Of a DNA stretch of 64,000 bases, positions 46,911-55,638 are shown piece by piece (the first letter of the stretch is position 1; each line of letters begins with the position of its first letter). The stretch lies in the NCBI GenBank assembly GCA_937915675.1, contig CALGID010000001.1:23504-87503 (forward strand), read 5' to 3'. The notes beneath the pieces are model-generated. The model made no database searches and was not told the DNA's origin. It was given only the letters and a program-made list of their open reading frames with translations. This stretch comes from an uncultured Anaerolineaceae bacterium (lineage in GTDB: Bacteria > Chloroflexota > Anaerolineae > Anaerolineales > Anaerolineaceae). The position numbers were made by a program, and so were the translations under genes.

Positions 46911-48128
46911 ATGAAGCAGTTGAACAAGGTAGTAACCATTATAGTAAGTGTAATGCTAGCTATCGCAATCGTGGGGTGTAGCACAGCCGCGCCTGCACCC
47001 GCCGAGCCGCCCAAGCCAGCAGGAGACTCACAAGCTCCAAGCACCTCCGGCCCAACCTTCGATGGGGAAATCTATGTAGGCGTCACTGCCGGTATCACTG
47101 GTGATGCCCCATTAGAAGGCGAAGCTATGACTCGTGCCGTCACCCTTGCGTCCGAAATCATTAATGGTCAGGGCGGTGTCTTAGGGAAAAAATTAGTTCC
47201 GGTTATCGAGGATGATTCATACACACCAGAAGGTGCAATCACTGTCGCCAACAAGTTCATAGCCGACGAAAAAATTGTCGCAATGGCCGGCCCCGGCAGG
47301 TCCAGCTCCTTCATGGCAATCTCAGATCTGATCAAAGAAGCTGGCATGCCGATCGTAACACCAGCTACCAGCACAACTTTCTATAAACTCGACAACCCTT
47401 ACTGGTTCCGAGATAGAACTACTGATGGCGTGAATACCAATATCGCCACCCGGTTCCTTGTTGAAGAACTTGGGCTCAAGAACATTGGCGTTATGCTAAC
47501 GAATGATGACGCCGGTTTGGCTGCCCGGGCAGTGATCGAAAGCACCTTGAAGGAGTTAGGTGTAACCTATCAGATCATCGTCTACAACGGTGGGGAGATC
47601 GACTACAGTGGTCAGGTCTTACAGCTTCGCGATGCCGGCGCAGATGGCCTGGTGTTGTGGGGACATACCGTTGACTACGCTGTGATTTGCAGGAACATGT
47701 ATCAGCTGGGCTATGATATTCCGACAGTTGGAAATACCGGCTTTATGAGTGCAACTTTCCTTGATCTGGTCGATGATGAAGTAGCTGACGGCCTTTATGT
47801 AGTTACAGACATCAACCTTGAGAGCGAAGATCCTTACGTTAAGTATTTCCTCGATGAATATTCCAAACGCTACCCGGATATAAAGCCTGACGTCATTGAT
47901 GCGATCCACTTTGCCCACATGTTCCTGATCGCCGATGCGATTAAACGGGCTGGTGTGGCAGAGAGGCAAGCAATCGCTGATGCGTTGCATGAAACTAAAG
48001 ATATTCCAAGCGTACTTGGCCCCCTGACGTGTGACAAAAACCAGGACTGTGCCCACACTGCAACGGTTTTCCAGAACGAAGGAAAAGTTGCCCATGCAAT
48101 CAAAGCTATTACATTGGATGTTGAATAA
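46911..48128 (+). CDS. Periplasmic-binding lipoprotein of a Liv-type (branched-chain amino acid family) ABC transporter
   Basis: Signal plus lipobox AIAIVGCSTA. Type-I PBP layout. AAGGAG Shine-Dalgarno. Followed by LivH/M/G/F homologs. Confidence 0.85.
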   Translation: MKQLNKVVTIIVSVMLAIAIVGCSTAAPAPAEPPKPAGDSQAPSTSGPTFDGEIYVGVTAGITGDAPLEGEAMTRAVTLASEIINGQGGVLGKKLVPVIEDDSYTPEGAITVANKFIADEKIVAMAGPGRSSSFMAISDLIKEAGMPIVTPATSTTFYKLDNPYWFRDRTTDGVNTNIATRFLVEELGLKNIGVMLTNDDAGLAARAVIESTLKELGVTYQIIVYNGGEIDYSGQVLQLRDAGADGLVLWGHTVDYAVICRNMYQLGYDIPTVGNTGFMSATFLDLVDDEVADGLYVVTDINLESEDPYVKYFLDEYSKRYPDIKPDVIDAIHFAHMFLIADAIKRAGVAERQAIADALHETKDIPSVLGPLTCDKNQDCAHTATVFQNEGKVAHAIKAITLDVE

Positions 48129-48167
48129 TTCAAGACCTAACCAGTAGTTAGCAGCATAAATTTCAGA

Positions 48168-48199
48168 TCCATGTCCAGTCTCCAGAGACTGGACATGGA
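48168..48199 (+). other. Perfect intercistronic stem-loop between the binding-protein and permease genes
   Basis: TCCATGTCCAGTCTC-CA-GAGACTGGACATGGA: 15-nt arms that are perfectly complementary. Confidence 0.8.
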
Positions 48200-48233
48200 C
48201 CCAGGACAGAAGCATGTCCGGAGGCACAATAAC

Positions 48234-49109
48234 TTGGAAACTCTAATTCAATTAGCCATCAGCGGTCTCGCAATGGGTCTCATCTATTGCCTGGTTGCCA
48301 TCGAATTTACTTTAATTCTCAACACGAGCGGATTGATGAACTTTGGCCATGACAAATACATCATGTTCGGAGCATTTTTATTTGGTGGCACATTCGTGAT
48401 TCGTCTCGGTTGGGATTTTCTTCCATCAGCTGTTGCGTCTGTATTACTTATGGGCGTCGTGGGGATATTCATTGCAGTAATTGTTTTCTCACCCCTCCAA
48501 AAGCTCCCCCGGGTTTACGCGATGACAGGAACGATGGCTCTTTCAATGATCCTTCAGGAAGCTACTCGGTTAACTTATGGGGCAAGGTCATTTACCGTGC
48601 TGGGTTTTTTGAGTGGCACAATTAATTTTGGTTTTGTTTCTATTCAACGAGTCTATCTTTTCATCATTATTGTTACGACGATCTTGCTCATCTTCCAGAA
48701 TTTATTGATGATGAAAACAAAACTAGGACGTTCATTCAGAGCCGTAGCTCAAGATAAAGAAACAAGCAGCCTGATGGGGATTAATGTCAATACGATGCTG
48801 ATCGCCTCCGCGACTATGAGTTTGCTGATCTGTGGAATCATCGGTGTTCTGATCATTCCGGTCACTGGTATCACACTGGGTATGAGCAACATGATTGGAT
48901 CCAAAGGTTACATTGCCGGTGTTGTGGGTGGTATGGGTAGCCTCAATGGTGCAATTATCGGCGGATTGGTAGTAGGACTAACGGAAGCTCTTTTTCTCGC
49001 ATTTGGCGGGAACCCGGTCTATAAAGATGTCGTTTCCTTTGTGCTTGTTGTTCTTTTCCTGCTTTTGAAACCTGACGGTATTTTGAGCGAGAAGAAAGCG
49101 GCGATTTAA
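48234..49109 (+). CDS. LivH-type ABC permease
   Basis: Polytopic protein. Probable TTG start at 48234, 9 nt after GGAGG. The ORF-track start at 48171 lies inside the hairpin. Confidence 0.85.
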   Translation: METLIQLAISGLAMGLIYCLVAIEFTLILNTSGLMNFGHDKYIMFGAFLFGGTFVIRLGWDFLPSAVASVLLMGVVGIFIAVIVFSPLQKLPRVYAMTGTMALSMILQEATRLTYGARSFTVLGFLSGTINFGFVSIQRVYLFIIIVTTILLIFQNLLMMKTKLGRSFRAVAQDKETSSLMGINVNTMLIASATMSLLICGIIGVLIIPVTGITLGMSNMIGSKGYIAGVVGGMGSLNGAIIGGLVVGLTEALFLAFGGNPVYKDVVSFVLVVLFLLLKPDGILSEKKAAI

Positions 49110-49130
49110 GATGGGAAGGAACACTGATTC

Positions 49131-50129
49131 ATGAAAGAAAACATCCTCCAGTTCATGTCAGCCCGATGGAAGGCACTGCTCGGATTAGGCTTTTTAATCC
49201 TTTTGCCTCTGTTCATAGATAGCTCCTACCATCAAATAATATTGAATAAGATCATTATCCACTCCATCGTAGTATTAGGCCTCAACTTTATTACCGGATT
49301 GGTAGGACAACTCAACACTGGTACCGCGGGGATGTATGCCTTGGGTGCGTATACATCAGCATTATTGACTACACGGCTCGGGGTATCTCCCTGGATAGGT
49401 TTGATCGCCTCCGTTTTTATGGGGATCCTTATAGGCTACTTACTGGGATACCCAAGTTTACGCGTCTCAGGTGTCTATCTCGTTCTAACAACCTTATCCT
49501 TTGCTGAAGTAGTGAGAATGCTCTTAACCAATATGATTCCGATTACCGGTGGAGCTTTAGGCATCACCAGTATTCCCGAGTTCACTATTTTTGGCGTGAA
49601 GCTCGGTAGAAGCTCGGTAGGTTTCTATTTTATGCTTGCAGCGATCTTAGTGCTCTTTATACTGATCAGCAATCGTTTGATCAATTCGAAGTGGGGCAGG
49701 GCATTCAAAGCTGTACGCGACAACCCCGAATCAGCGGAAACAGCCGGAATTCAAATCTCGACTATCAAGATTGGTGCATTCACACTTGCTTCAGTGTTCG
49801 GTTGCGTAGCTGGCGCATTATATGGAACTCTCATGGGTTTCATCTCCCCAGTTGAATTCACTACCTTAATGTCTGTTCGGTTTATCATGATGTTAATGGT
49901 TGGAGGAATTGGTACTATTGGAGGGAGTATTGCCGGTGCCACGCTTGTAACTCTTTTGCCAGAACTATTGCGGTTCATGGGCGAAAGTTATTGGTTATTC
50001 TTTTCCCTGATTGTCTTGTTAAGTGCAATCTTTGCACCTAACGGCTTGTATTCCTTGTATACCTTTTTCAGGAATCAGGCAAATAAGTACATTTCAAAGT
50101 TAGGTGGAAAAGCTAGTGGAAGCATCTAA
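49131..50129 (+). CDS. LivM-type ABC permease
   Basis: 332-aa polytopic protein with a typical LivM region (GQLNTGTAGMYALGAYTSALL). Confidence 0.85.
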   Translation: MKENILQFMSARWKALLGLGFLILLPLFIDSSYHQIILNKIIIHSIVVLGLNFITGLVGQLNTGTAGMYALGAYTSALLTTRLGVSPWIGLIASVFMGILIGYLLGYPSLRVSGVYLVLTTLSFAEVVRMLLTNMIPITGGALGITSIPEFTIFGVKLGRSSVGFYFMLAAILVLFILISNRLINSKWGRAFKAVRDNPESAETAGIQISTIKIGAFTLASVFGCVAGALYGTLMGFISPVEFTTLMSVRFIMMLMVGGIGTIGGSIAGATLVTLLPELLRFMGESYWLFFSLIVLLSAIFAPNGLYSLYTFFRNQANKYISKLGGKASGSI

Positions 50130-50901
50130 AGATCTTTTAGTCATTCAAAATCTAACAAAGAGGTTTGGCGGGCTGACAGCTGTTCGCGACCTATCGATGA
50201 CGCTGACTCGCTCTGGGATTCATGCGCTTATCGGACCAAATGGTTCCGGCAAAACAACTACAGTGAACCTGATTACAGGCATGTTACCTGCCGATGAAGG
50301 CAGCATTATTTTTGATGAACATGAAATTCGCGGCAGAAAACCTTACTTAATTGCTCGTGCCGGAATCCGGCGGACATACCAGAACATAAAGCTGTTTTCA
50401 TCATTGACGATCAAAGAGAATATGATGGTCGGTGGCCACAGCTTGACCACCGCGGGCATGGTCCGAACGATTTTTGATTACAAGACACATAACGCTGAGG
50501 AGAGGATGTTGTCCGAGAAAGCCGACCAGATCCTTGAAACGGTTGGGTTGACTGGTGTTGCTAATCGCATTTCTGGGTCTCAGCCCTATGGCATCCAAAA
50601 AGTTAGTGAACTTGGCATTGCGCTGATGACTGACCCCAAGTTGATCTTGTTGGACGAACCAGCAGCAGGCCTAAACCCCTCAGAACGTTCTGCATTTATT
50701 GACAAAGTGCTCCATATTAAAGATCGCGGCATTAAGATTTTGCTCATCGAGCACAATATGGACGTTGTAATGAACCTGAGTGAGATCATTACGGTGCTGA
50801 GTTTTGGATCAAAAATCGCTGAAGGTACGCCTTCAGAAATACAGAATAATGACGATGTGATCAAAGCCTATCTCGGCAAGAAATATAAAAAGATCGGCTA
50901 A
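50104..50901 (+). CDS. LivG-type ABC ATP-binding protein
   Basis: Walker A GPNGSGKTT, Walker B LILLDEPAAGLN. The start is uncertain (GTG 50104 or GTG 50116). Confidence 0.9.
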   Translation: MEKLVEASKDLLVIQNLTKRFGGLTAVRDLSMTLTRSGIHALIGPNGSGKTTTVNLITGMLPADEGSIIFDEHEIRGRKPYLIARAGIRRTYQNIKLFSSLTIKENMMVGGHSLTTAGMVRTIFDYKTHNAEERMLSEKADQILETVGLTGVANRISGSQPYGIQKVSELGIALMTDPKLILLDEPAAGLNPSERSAFIDKVLHIKDRGIKILLIEHNMDVVMNLSEIITVLSFGSKIAEGTPSEIQNNDDVIKAYLGKKYKKIG

Positions 50902-50911
50902 GGAGTAAACC

Positions 50912-51625
50912 TTGTTAGAAATCGACAATATCCAGGTTTCCTATGGTGAAATCGAAGTGCTGCATGGCATTTCTATGTCCGTGAACGAGAGTGATCGTGT
51001 TGCAGTGATCGGGGCAAATGGTGCCGGAAAATCTACCTTAATGAAAACCATTATGGGCTTGCTTACACCTAAAGCGGGCAAAATACTCTTCAAAGGCGAA
51101 GCGATTCAGGGTCTGAAACCGCACCGTATCGTACCCAAAGGAATAGTGCTCGTTCCAGAAGGAAGAAAGATATTTCCCAAGTTGACGGTCAGAGAAAACT
51201 TGGAGATGGGCGCCTATACCCAAAATTACACGAAGCCTGAATTTAACTTGCGCCTGGAGCAATGCTACGACATTTTTCCTCGCCTCAAAGAGCGTGCTAA
51301 CCAACATGGGGGCACACTCAGTGGGGGCGAACAACAAATGTTGGCCATTTCCAGAGCCATCATGGGAGACCCCAAATTGTTGATGCTCGATGAACCATCC
51401 CTTGGGCTTGCGCCCGTAATCATGGATGAAGTATTTGAAGAGATCATGCGCATCAGCAATGAACTAAAGGTGCCCATTCTATTAGTTGAACAAAACGCTT
51501 ATAGTTCCCTTGAAATTTGTACTAAGGCTTACGTTCTGGAATTAGGGAAAATCTATAAGGAAGGCACAGGTGACGAACTCCTCAACGATCCTGCAATAAT
51601 CAATGCATACCTAGGAGGAAGTTAG
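50912..51625 (+). CDS. LivF-type ABC ATP-binding protein
   Basis: Walker A GANGAGKST, signature LSGGEQQMLAISRAI, Walker B LLMLDEPSLGLAP. TTG start 6 nt after AAGGAG. Confidence 0.9.
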   Translation: MLEIDNIQVSYGEIEVLHGISMSVNESDRVAVIGANGAGKSTLMKTIMGLLTPKAGKILFKGEAIQGLKPHRIVPKGIVLVPEGRKIFPKLTVRENLEMGAYTQNYTKPEFNLRLEQCYDIFPRLKERANQHGGTLSGGEQQMLAISRAIMGDPKLLMLDEPSLGLAPVIMDEVFEEIMRISNELKVPILLVEQNAYSSLEICTKAYVLELGKIYKEGTGDELLNDPAIINAYLGGS

Positions 51626-51632
51626 TTATATT

Positions 51633-52622
51633 ATGAATACAAAAGGCCATTTAACACCGAAAGTGTTTGTGTCTTTAGTTAATAGTTATTATGATACCAA
51701 TCCTGATTTTGTAAAAGATATTGAAAGGCTTGGATGTACTGTCAGCCTCCGGCTTGAAAATGAAGCTATTACTCAAGAAGCTCTCTTAGAGCAATGCAGA
51801 GATAGCGATGTTTTCGTAGCAAACGCTAAACCTGTAACAAAAGAAATGATGGAGACTTCCCCCAACCTAAAGCTTATTGCGGTGTTTGGGGCTGGCTACA
51901 ACCAAATCGATATTAAATACGCGAAGGAGCGCGGAATAACTGTGACCACTGCCCGGGGGGGCAGTGCAATAGCAGTAGCAGAATTGGCGTTTTCCCTTAT
52001 GCTGGCCCTAGCAAGAAAAACTGTGTTGGATGACTCAATGATGCGTAAGGACAAGTGGTTGAGTCCCATAGGTGTTGAGCTCTATCAAAAAACTTTGGGG
52101 GTCATCGGGTTGGGAGTCATCGGTAAGGAAGTTCTCCGTATCGGTAAAAATGGCTTTTCCATGGACGTTCTTGTTTTTGATCCTTTTCTTGATCCAACAG
52201 ATATCACAGAGTTAGGAGGCAGCCAGGTAGACCTGGACTATTTACTTGCCGAGTCTGATTTTGTAAGTGTACACGTGCCCCTCTCGGAAAAGACGAAACA
52301 CTTAATCAGCACTGAACAGCTGAATAAAATGAAAAGTTCAGCATTTTTAGTAGACCTATCTCGCGGTGGCATAATCGATGAAGCAGCCCTTATAAAAGCT
52401 CTTCGGGAGAACAAGGTTGCTGGCGCCGGGCTTGATGTGCACTCGAGCGAGCCAGTCTCTACTGAAAGCCCCAGCCCTTACAAGGATTTATCAAATGTGA
52501 TCCTCACTTCGCATGCTGGCGCTGGGTCCGAGGAAGCGGTTAGAAGAATTGGCCGGATAATCCTGGAGAACATTGAAGACACCTTAGAGGGTATGTCTCC
52601 CCGCCATAACGTCATTGTTTAA
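51633..52622 (+). CDS. D-isomer-specific 2-hydroxyacid dehydrogenase family protein
   Basis: NAD-binding GVIGLGVIGKEV. Catalytic region LSRGGIIDEAAL...AGLDV...SHAG. Confidence 0.85.
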   Translation: MNTKGHLTPKVFVSLVNSYYDTNPDFVKDIERLGCTVSLRLENEAITQEALLEQCRDSDVFVANAKPVTKEMMETSPNLKLIAVFGAGYNQIDIKYAKERGITVTTARGGSAIAVAELAFSLMLALARKTVLDDSMMRKDKWLSPIGVELYQKTLGVIGLGVIGKEVLRIGKNGFSMDVLVFDPFLDPTDITELGGSQVDLDYLLAESDFVSVHVPLSEKTKHLISTEQLNKMKSSAFLVDLSRGGIIDEAALIKALRENKVAGAGLDVHSSEPVSTESPSPYKDLSNVILTSHAGAGSEEAVRRIGRIILENIEDTLEGMSPRHNVIV

Positions 52623-52651
52623 AAATAATCACTAACGAGCAGGAGAAAACT

Positions 52652-54268
52652 ATGATTACTGACTTTGACATTCTTATCCGTAATGGCAAGGTGGTTGATG
52701 GCACTGGATGCCCTTGGTATAGATCGGATATCGGCATTAAAGGCGACCGAATCGTGGCAATGGGCAGCTTAAAGGATACAAAGTCGAAACTCATCATCGA
52801 TGCGTCATCGAAATTCGTAACACCCGGATTTATCGAATCTCATAGTCATAGCGATGCAACAATCGCAGAAAACCCATTCGCATACAGTAGTTTGCGCCAA
52901 GGCGTCACAACCGAGGTTGTTGGTCTATGCGGTGCCTCCTCAATTCCAATGAACGAAACTGGTAAAAAGTTTGGTGCTGGAGGATTCGGGAATTTCAAAA
53001 ATATCAAGACTTTATTCGGGTCAACCGGCGAAATATTTGAAAAACTTGAAGAAAATGGAATTTCCGAGAATGTTGTTTGGTTTGTAGGGCATAACACACT
53101 GCGGAAGCTGGTTGGTGCTTTAGGGGAAGAATGTACAACTGACCAATTAGCAGAGATGAAACAGATTCTGCGTACATCTCTAGAAGCTGGCGCGGTTGGC
53201 CTTTCCACCGGCTTGGAGTTCTTTCCGGGATCTCTCGCTCCTACATCTGAAATCTCCGAACTTCTGAATGTGGTTGCAGAATTTGATGGTGTTTATGCCA
53301 GCCACACCCGCAATCGCGATGAGCACATCCTTGAAGCTTCGGATGAATTCATACAACTCATCAGAAAGCACAATCTGAGGGGTATGTTCTCACACCTCAA
53401 CGTTCGCTATAACACCGGTGCCCCAGATGGTGCCTGGGAAACCGTGATCGGCATGATCGAAACGGCAAGAAAAGACGGTTTTACGATCCAGACCGATATG
53501 GGTTACATCGAAAAAGGAATAGGGAATGTTGCGGCTATCCTCCCGCAATGGGTACGCAAAGGGGGATGGAGGGAGACCCAAAACCGGCTGCGAGACCCTG
53601 ATGTTCGCAAAAAACTGAGAACTGATTGTGATCGATACTGGAGGTTCATACATCGGGGAGAATGGGACCGCCTGGCCATTCAAAGTAATCCGGCTCATCC
53701 GGAGATAAATGGGTTGTCTTTACCTGAAATAGCAAAACTTTGGAAAAAAGATGAATGGGATTGTTTATTCGATATTTTTGCCGATGCTGGGGAGAGCCTC
53801 GATAGTGTAGTTGGCCTTGGTAAAACCTTCACGGAAGAGCACATCATCGAGACTTTAACCCACCCACTTTATTCATACATCATTGATGGGTACACAACTA
53901 ATGTTGGTACTGTTCTTGCCGAACAAACCAGGTTTCCCCTACACTATTCGGGAATGGTAAGGTTGTTTACTGTATTAGTCAGAGAAAAAGGGGTGTTCAC
54001 CCTGGAAGAAGCGGTTAGAAAGGTAACCACGATGCCGGCTGGCTTTTATCACATATTTGATCGAGGACTATTACGGCCTGGGTGTTTTGCAGATATTAAT
54101 ATATTCGACTTAAACAACCTGAAAGAAAACGCAACTTACCAGGAACCTGCGCAATACTCAGAGGGTTTTGACTACGTGATAGTGAACGGGACTCCGGTGA
54201 TTGTAGAAGACAAACATACACTGGCAACGCCTGGTAAAAATATTCGATTTAATGTACCCGTGGAATAA
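52652..54268 (+). CDS. D-aminoacylase (N-acyl-D-amino-acid deacylase) family amidohydrolase
   Basis: DILIRNGKVVDGTG...DIGIKGDRIVAMG...TPGFIESHSHSD N-terminal pattern, a C-terminal beta-sandwich, 538 aa. Confidence 0.8.
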   Translation: MITDFDILIRNGKVVDGTGCPWYRSDIGIKGDRIVAMGSLKDTKSKLIIDASSKFVTPGFIESHSHSDATIAENPFAYSSLRQGVTTEVVGLCGASSIPMNETGKKFGAGGFGNFKNIKTLFGSTGEIFEKLEENGISENVVWFVGHNTLRKLVGALGEECTTDQLAEMKQILRTSLEAGAVGLSTGLEFFPGSLAPTSEISELLNVVAEFDGVYASHTRNRDEHILEASDEFIQLIRKHNLRGMFSHLNVRYNTGAPDGAWETVIGMIETARKDGFTIQTDMGYIEKGIGNVAAILPQWVRKGGWRETQNRLRDPDVRKKLRTDCDRYWRFIHRGEWDRLAIQSNPAHPEINGLSLPEIAKLWKKDEWDCLFDIFADAGESLDSVVGLGKTFTEEHIIETLTHPLYSYIIDGYTTNVGTVLAEQTRFPLHYSGMVRLFTVLVREKGVFTLEEAVRKVTTMPAGFYHIFDRGLLRPGCFADINIFDLNNLKENATYQEPAQYSEGFDYVIVNGTPVIVEDKHTLATPGKNIRFNVPVE

Positions 54269-54283
54269 ACAGAAAAGGTTCTC

Positions 54284-55426
54284 ATGAAAATTCAGAGCAT
54301 TGATACGATTATTCTCGAAAGTCCTTATGAATATGGCGTAAAAGCAGCAGAGCAAGAATCGACTGGACCGAAATATAGCTGTCTTGTGCGCATCAGAACT
54401 GACGAGGGCATCGAGGGCGTTGGCGATGTCGATTCTCACCCCCACGTCATCAAAGCGATGATAGACGCGCCAACAGCAACACCTGGGCTGATCGACGGGC
54501 TTCGAAATGTATTGATTGGTATGAATCCTTTGGAAACCGATCTTATCTGGAACAAATTGTATGAAGCCGGCTATTACTATGGTAGAAGGGGAGGCCACTT
54601 ACAGGCCATTAGCGGAATCGATATCGCACTCTGGGACATTAAAGGCAAGGTTTTAAATCAAAGCGTATCTGTCCTGCTCGGCGGAAGGTTTCATGAAAAA
54701 ATGAAGGCCTATGCTTCAACGCTTTTCCGGGATACTCCAGATAACATGAAGGCAGCCGTCAATAAATATCGGACCCTTGGATTCAAGGCCATCAAATTCG
54801 GGTGGGGCAGCTTTACTCAGAACCCCCGTTATGGGATTAGCCTGGTCGAAGCAGCCCGGAAAGAAGCTGGCGACGAAATCGATATCATGGTGGACGGATA
54901 TATCACAAATAACGACATCGTATTCGCCACAGAAATTGTCAACCGGCTAGCTGAGTTTGGGGTTTATTGGATGGAGGAACCTCTACCCTCAGACAACCTT
55001 ATAGGTTTCAGAAAGCTTTCAGAGAACGCAAAGGTGAGAATTGCCACAGGAGAGCAACTCGGCGGCACCTTTGAATACGCCGATCTTATTGAGAAAGGGA
55101 ATCCTGATATCGTGCAGTTCGATATATCCCGATGTGGAGGACTCACCGAAGCTAAAAAAATTGTTGAGATGGCTCGCATGCATTCCAAGTTGATCTGCCC
55201 TCACGCATGGACCTCAGACATTCTAACAGCAGCTTCATTGCACCTTAATTCCAACACGCCAGATGCAATATTCCAGGAATTCTGCACGAATGATACCCCT
55301 ACCAGCCGGGATATCGCCTTGAATCCCATAGAGCTTACACCGGATGGGTACATTAACGTTCCAACACTTCCTGGGCTTGGCATCAGTCTCAATGAGGAAA
55401 TAATTGAACGTTACAAGGTTGTGTAA
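54284..55426 (+). CDS. Enolase-superfamily enzyme, mandelate-racemase-subgroup-like (acid-sugar dehydratase or racemase)
   Basis: ISGIDIALWDIKGKVLNQSVSVLLGG; metal-ligand contexts MVDGY, WMEEP, VQFDISRCGG; a His context CPHAW. Confidence 0.78.
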   Translation: MKIQSIDTIILESPYEYGVKAAEQESTGPKYSCLVRIRTDEGIEGVGDVDSHPHVIKAMIDAPTATPGLIDGLRNVLIGMNPLETDLIWNKLYEAGYYYGRRGGHLQAISGIDIALWDIKGKVLNQSVSVLLGGRFHEKMKAYASTLFRDTPDNMKAAVNKYRTLGFKAIKFGWGSFTQNPRYGISLVEAARKEAGDEIDIMVDGYITNNDIVFATEIVNRLAEFGVYWMEEPLPSDNLIGFRKLSENAKVRIATGEQLGGTFEYADLIEKGNPDIVQFDISRCGGLTEAKKIVEMARMHSKLICPHAWTSDILTAASLHLNSNTPDAIFQEFCTNDTPTSRDIALNPIELTPDGYINVPTLPGLGISLNEEIIERYKVV

Positions 55427-55479
55427 GCATATCAGGCCGCATTAATGTATCAACCAGCCCCTTAATAGAACAACTGGAA

Positions 55480-55511
55480 CTGGACAGGTTAGCGCCTGTC
55501 CAGTTTTCTTT
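55480..55511 (+). terminator. Rho-independent terminator closing the low-GC gene cluster
   Basis: CTGGACAGG-TTAGCG-CCTGTCCAG followed by TTTTCTTT. Confidence 0.85.
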
Positions 55512-55638
55512 GCACTTTTTGATTGATTTCTTAACTCGTTCGGTTTATTACTGCGACCATATTTAACGTGTTATCGGCAAGGGGCCTGCTGGCGGGTTGA
55601 TATGCTTCAACTCGCCGCAGCCAGAACCGATGAAGGCC

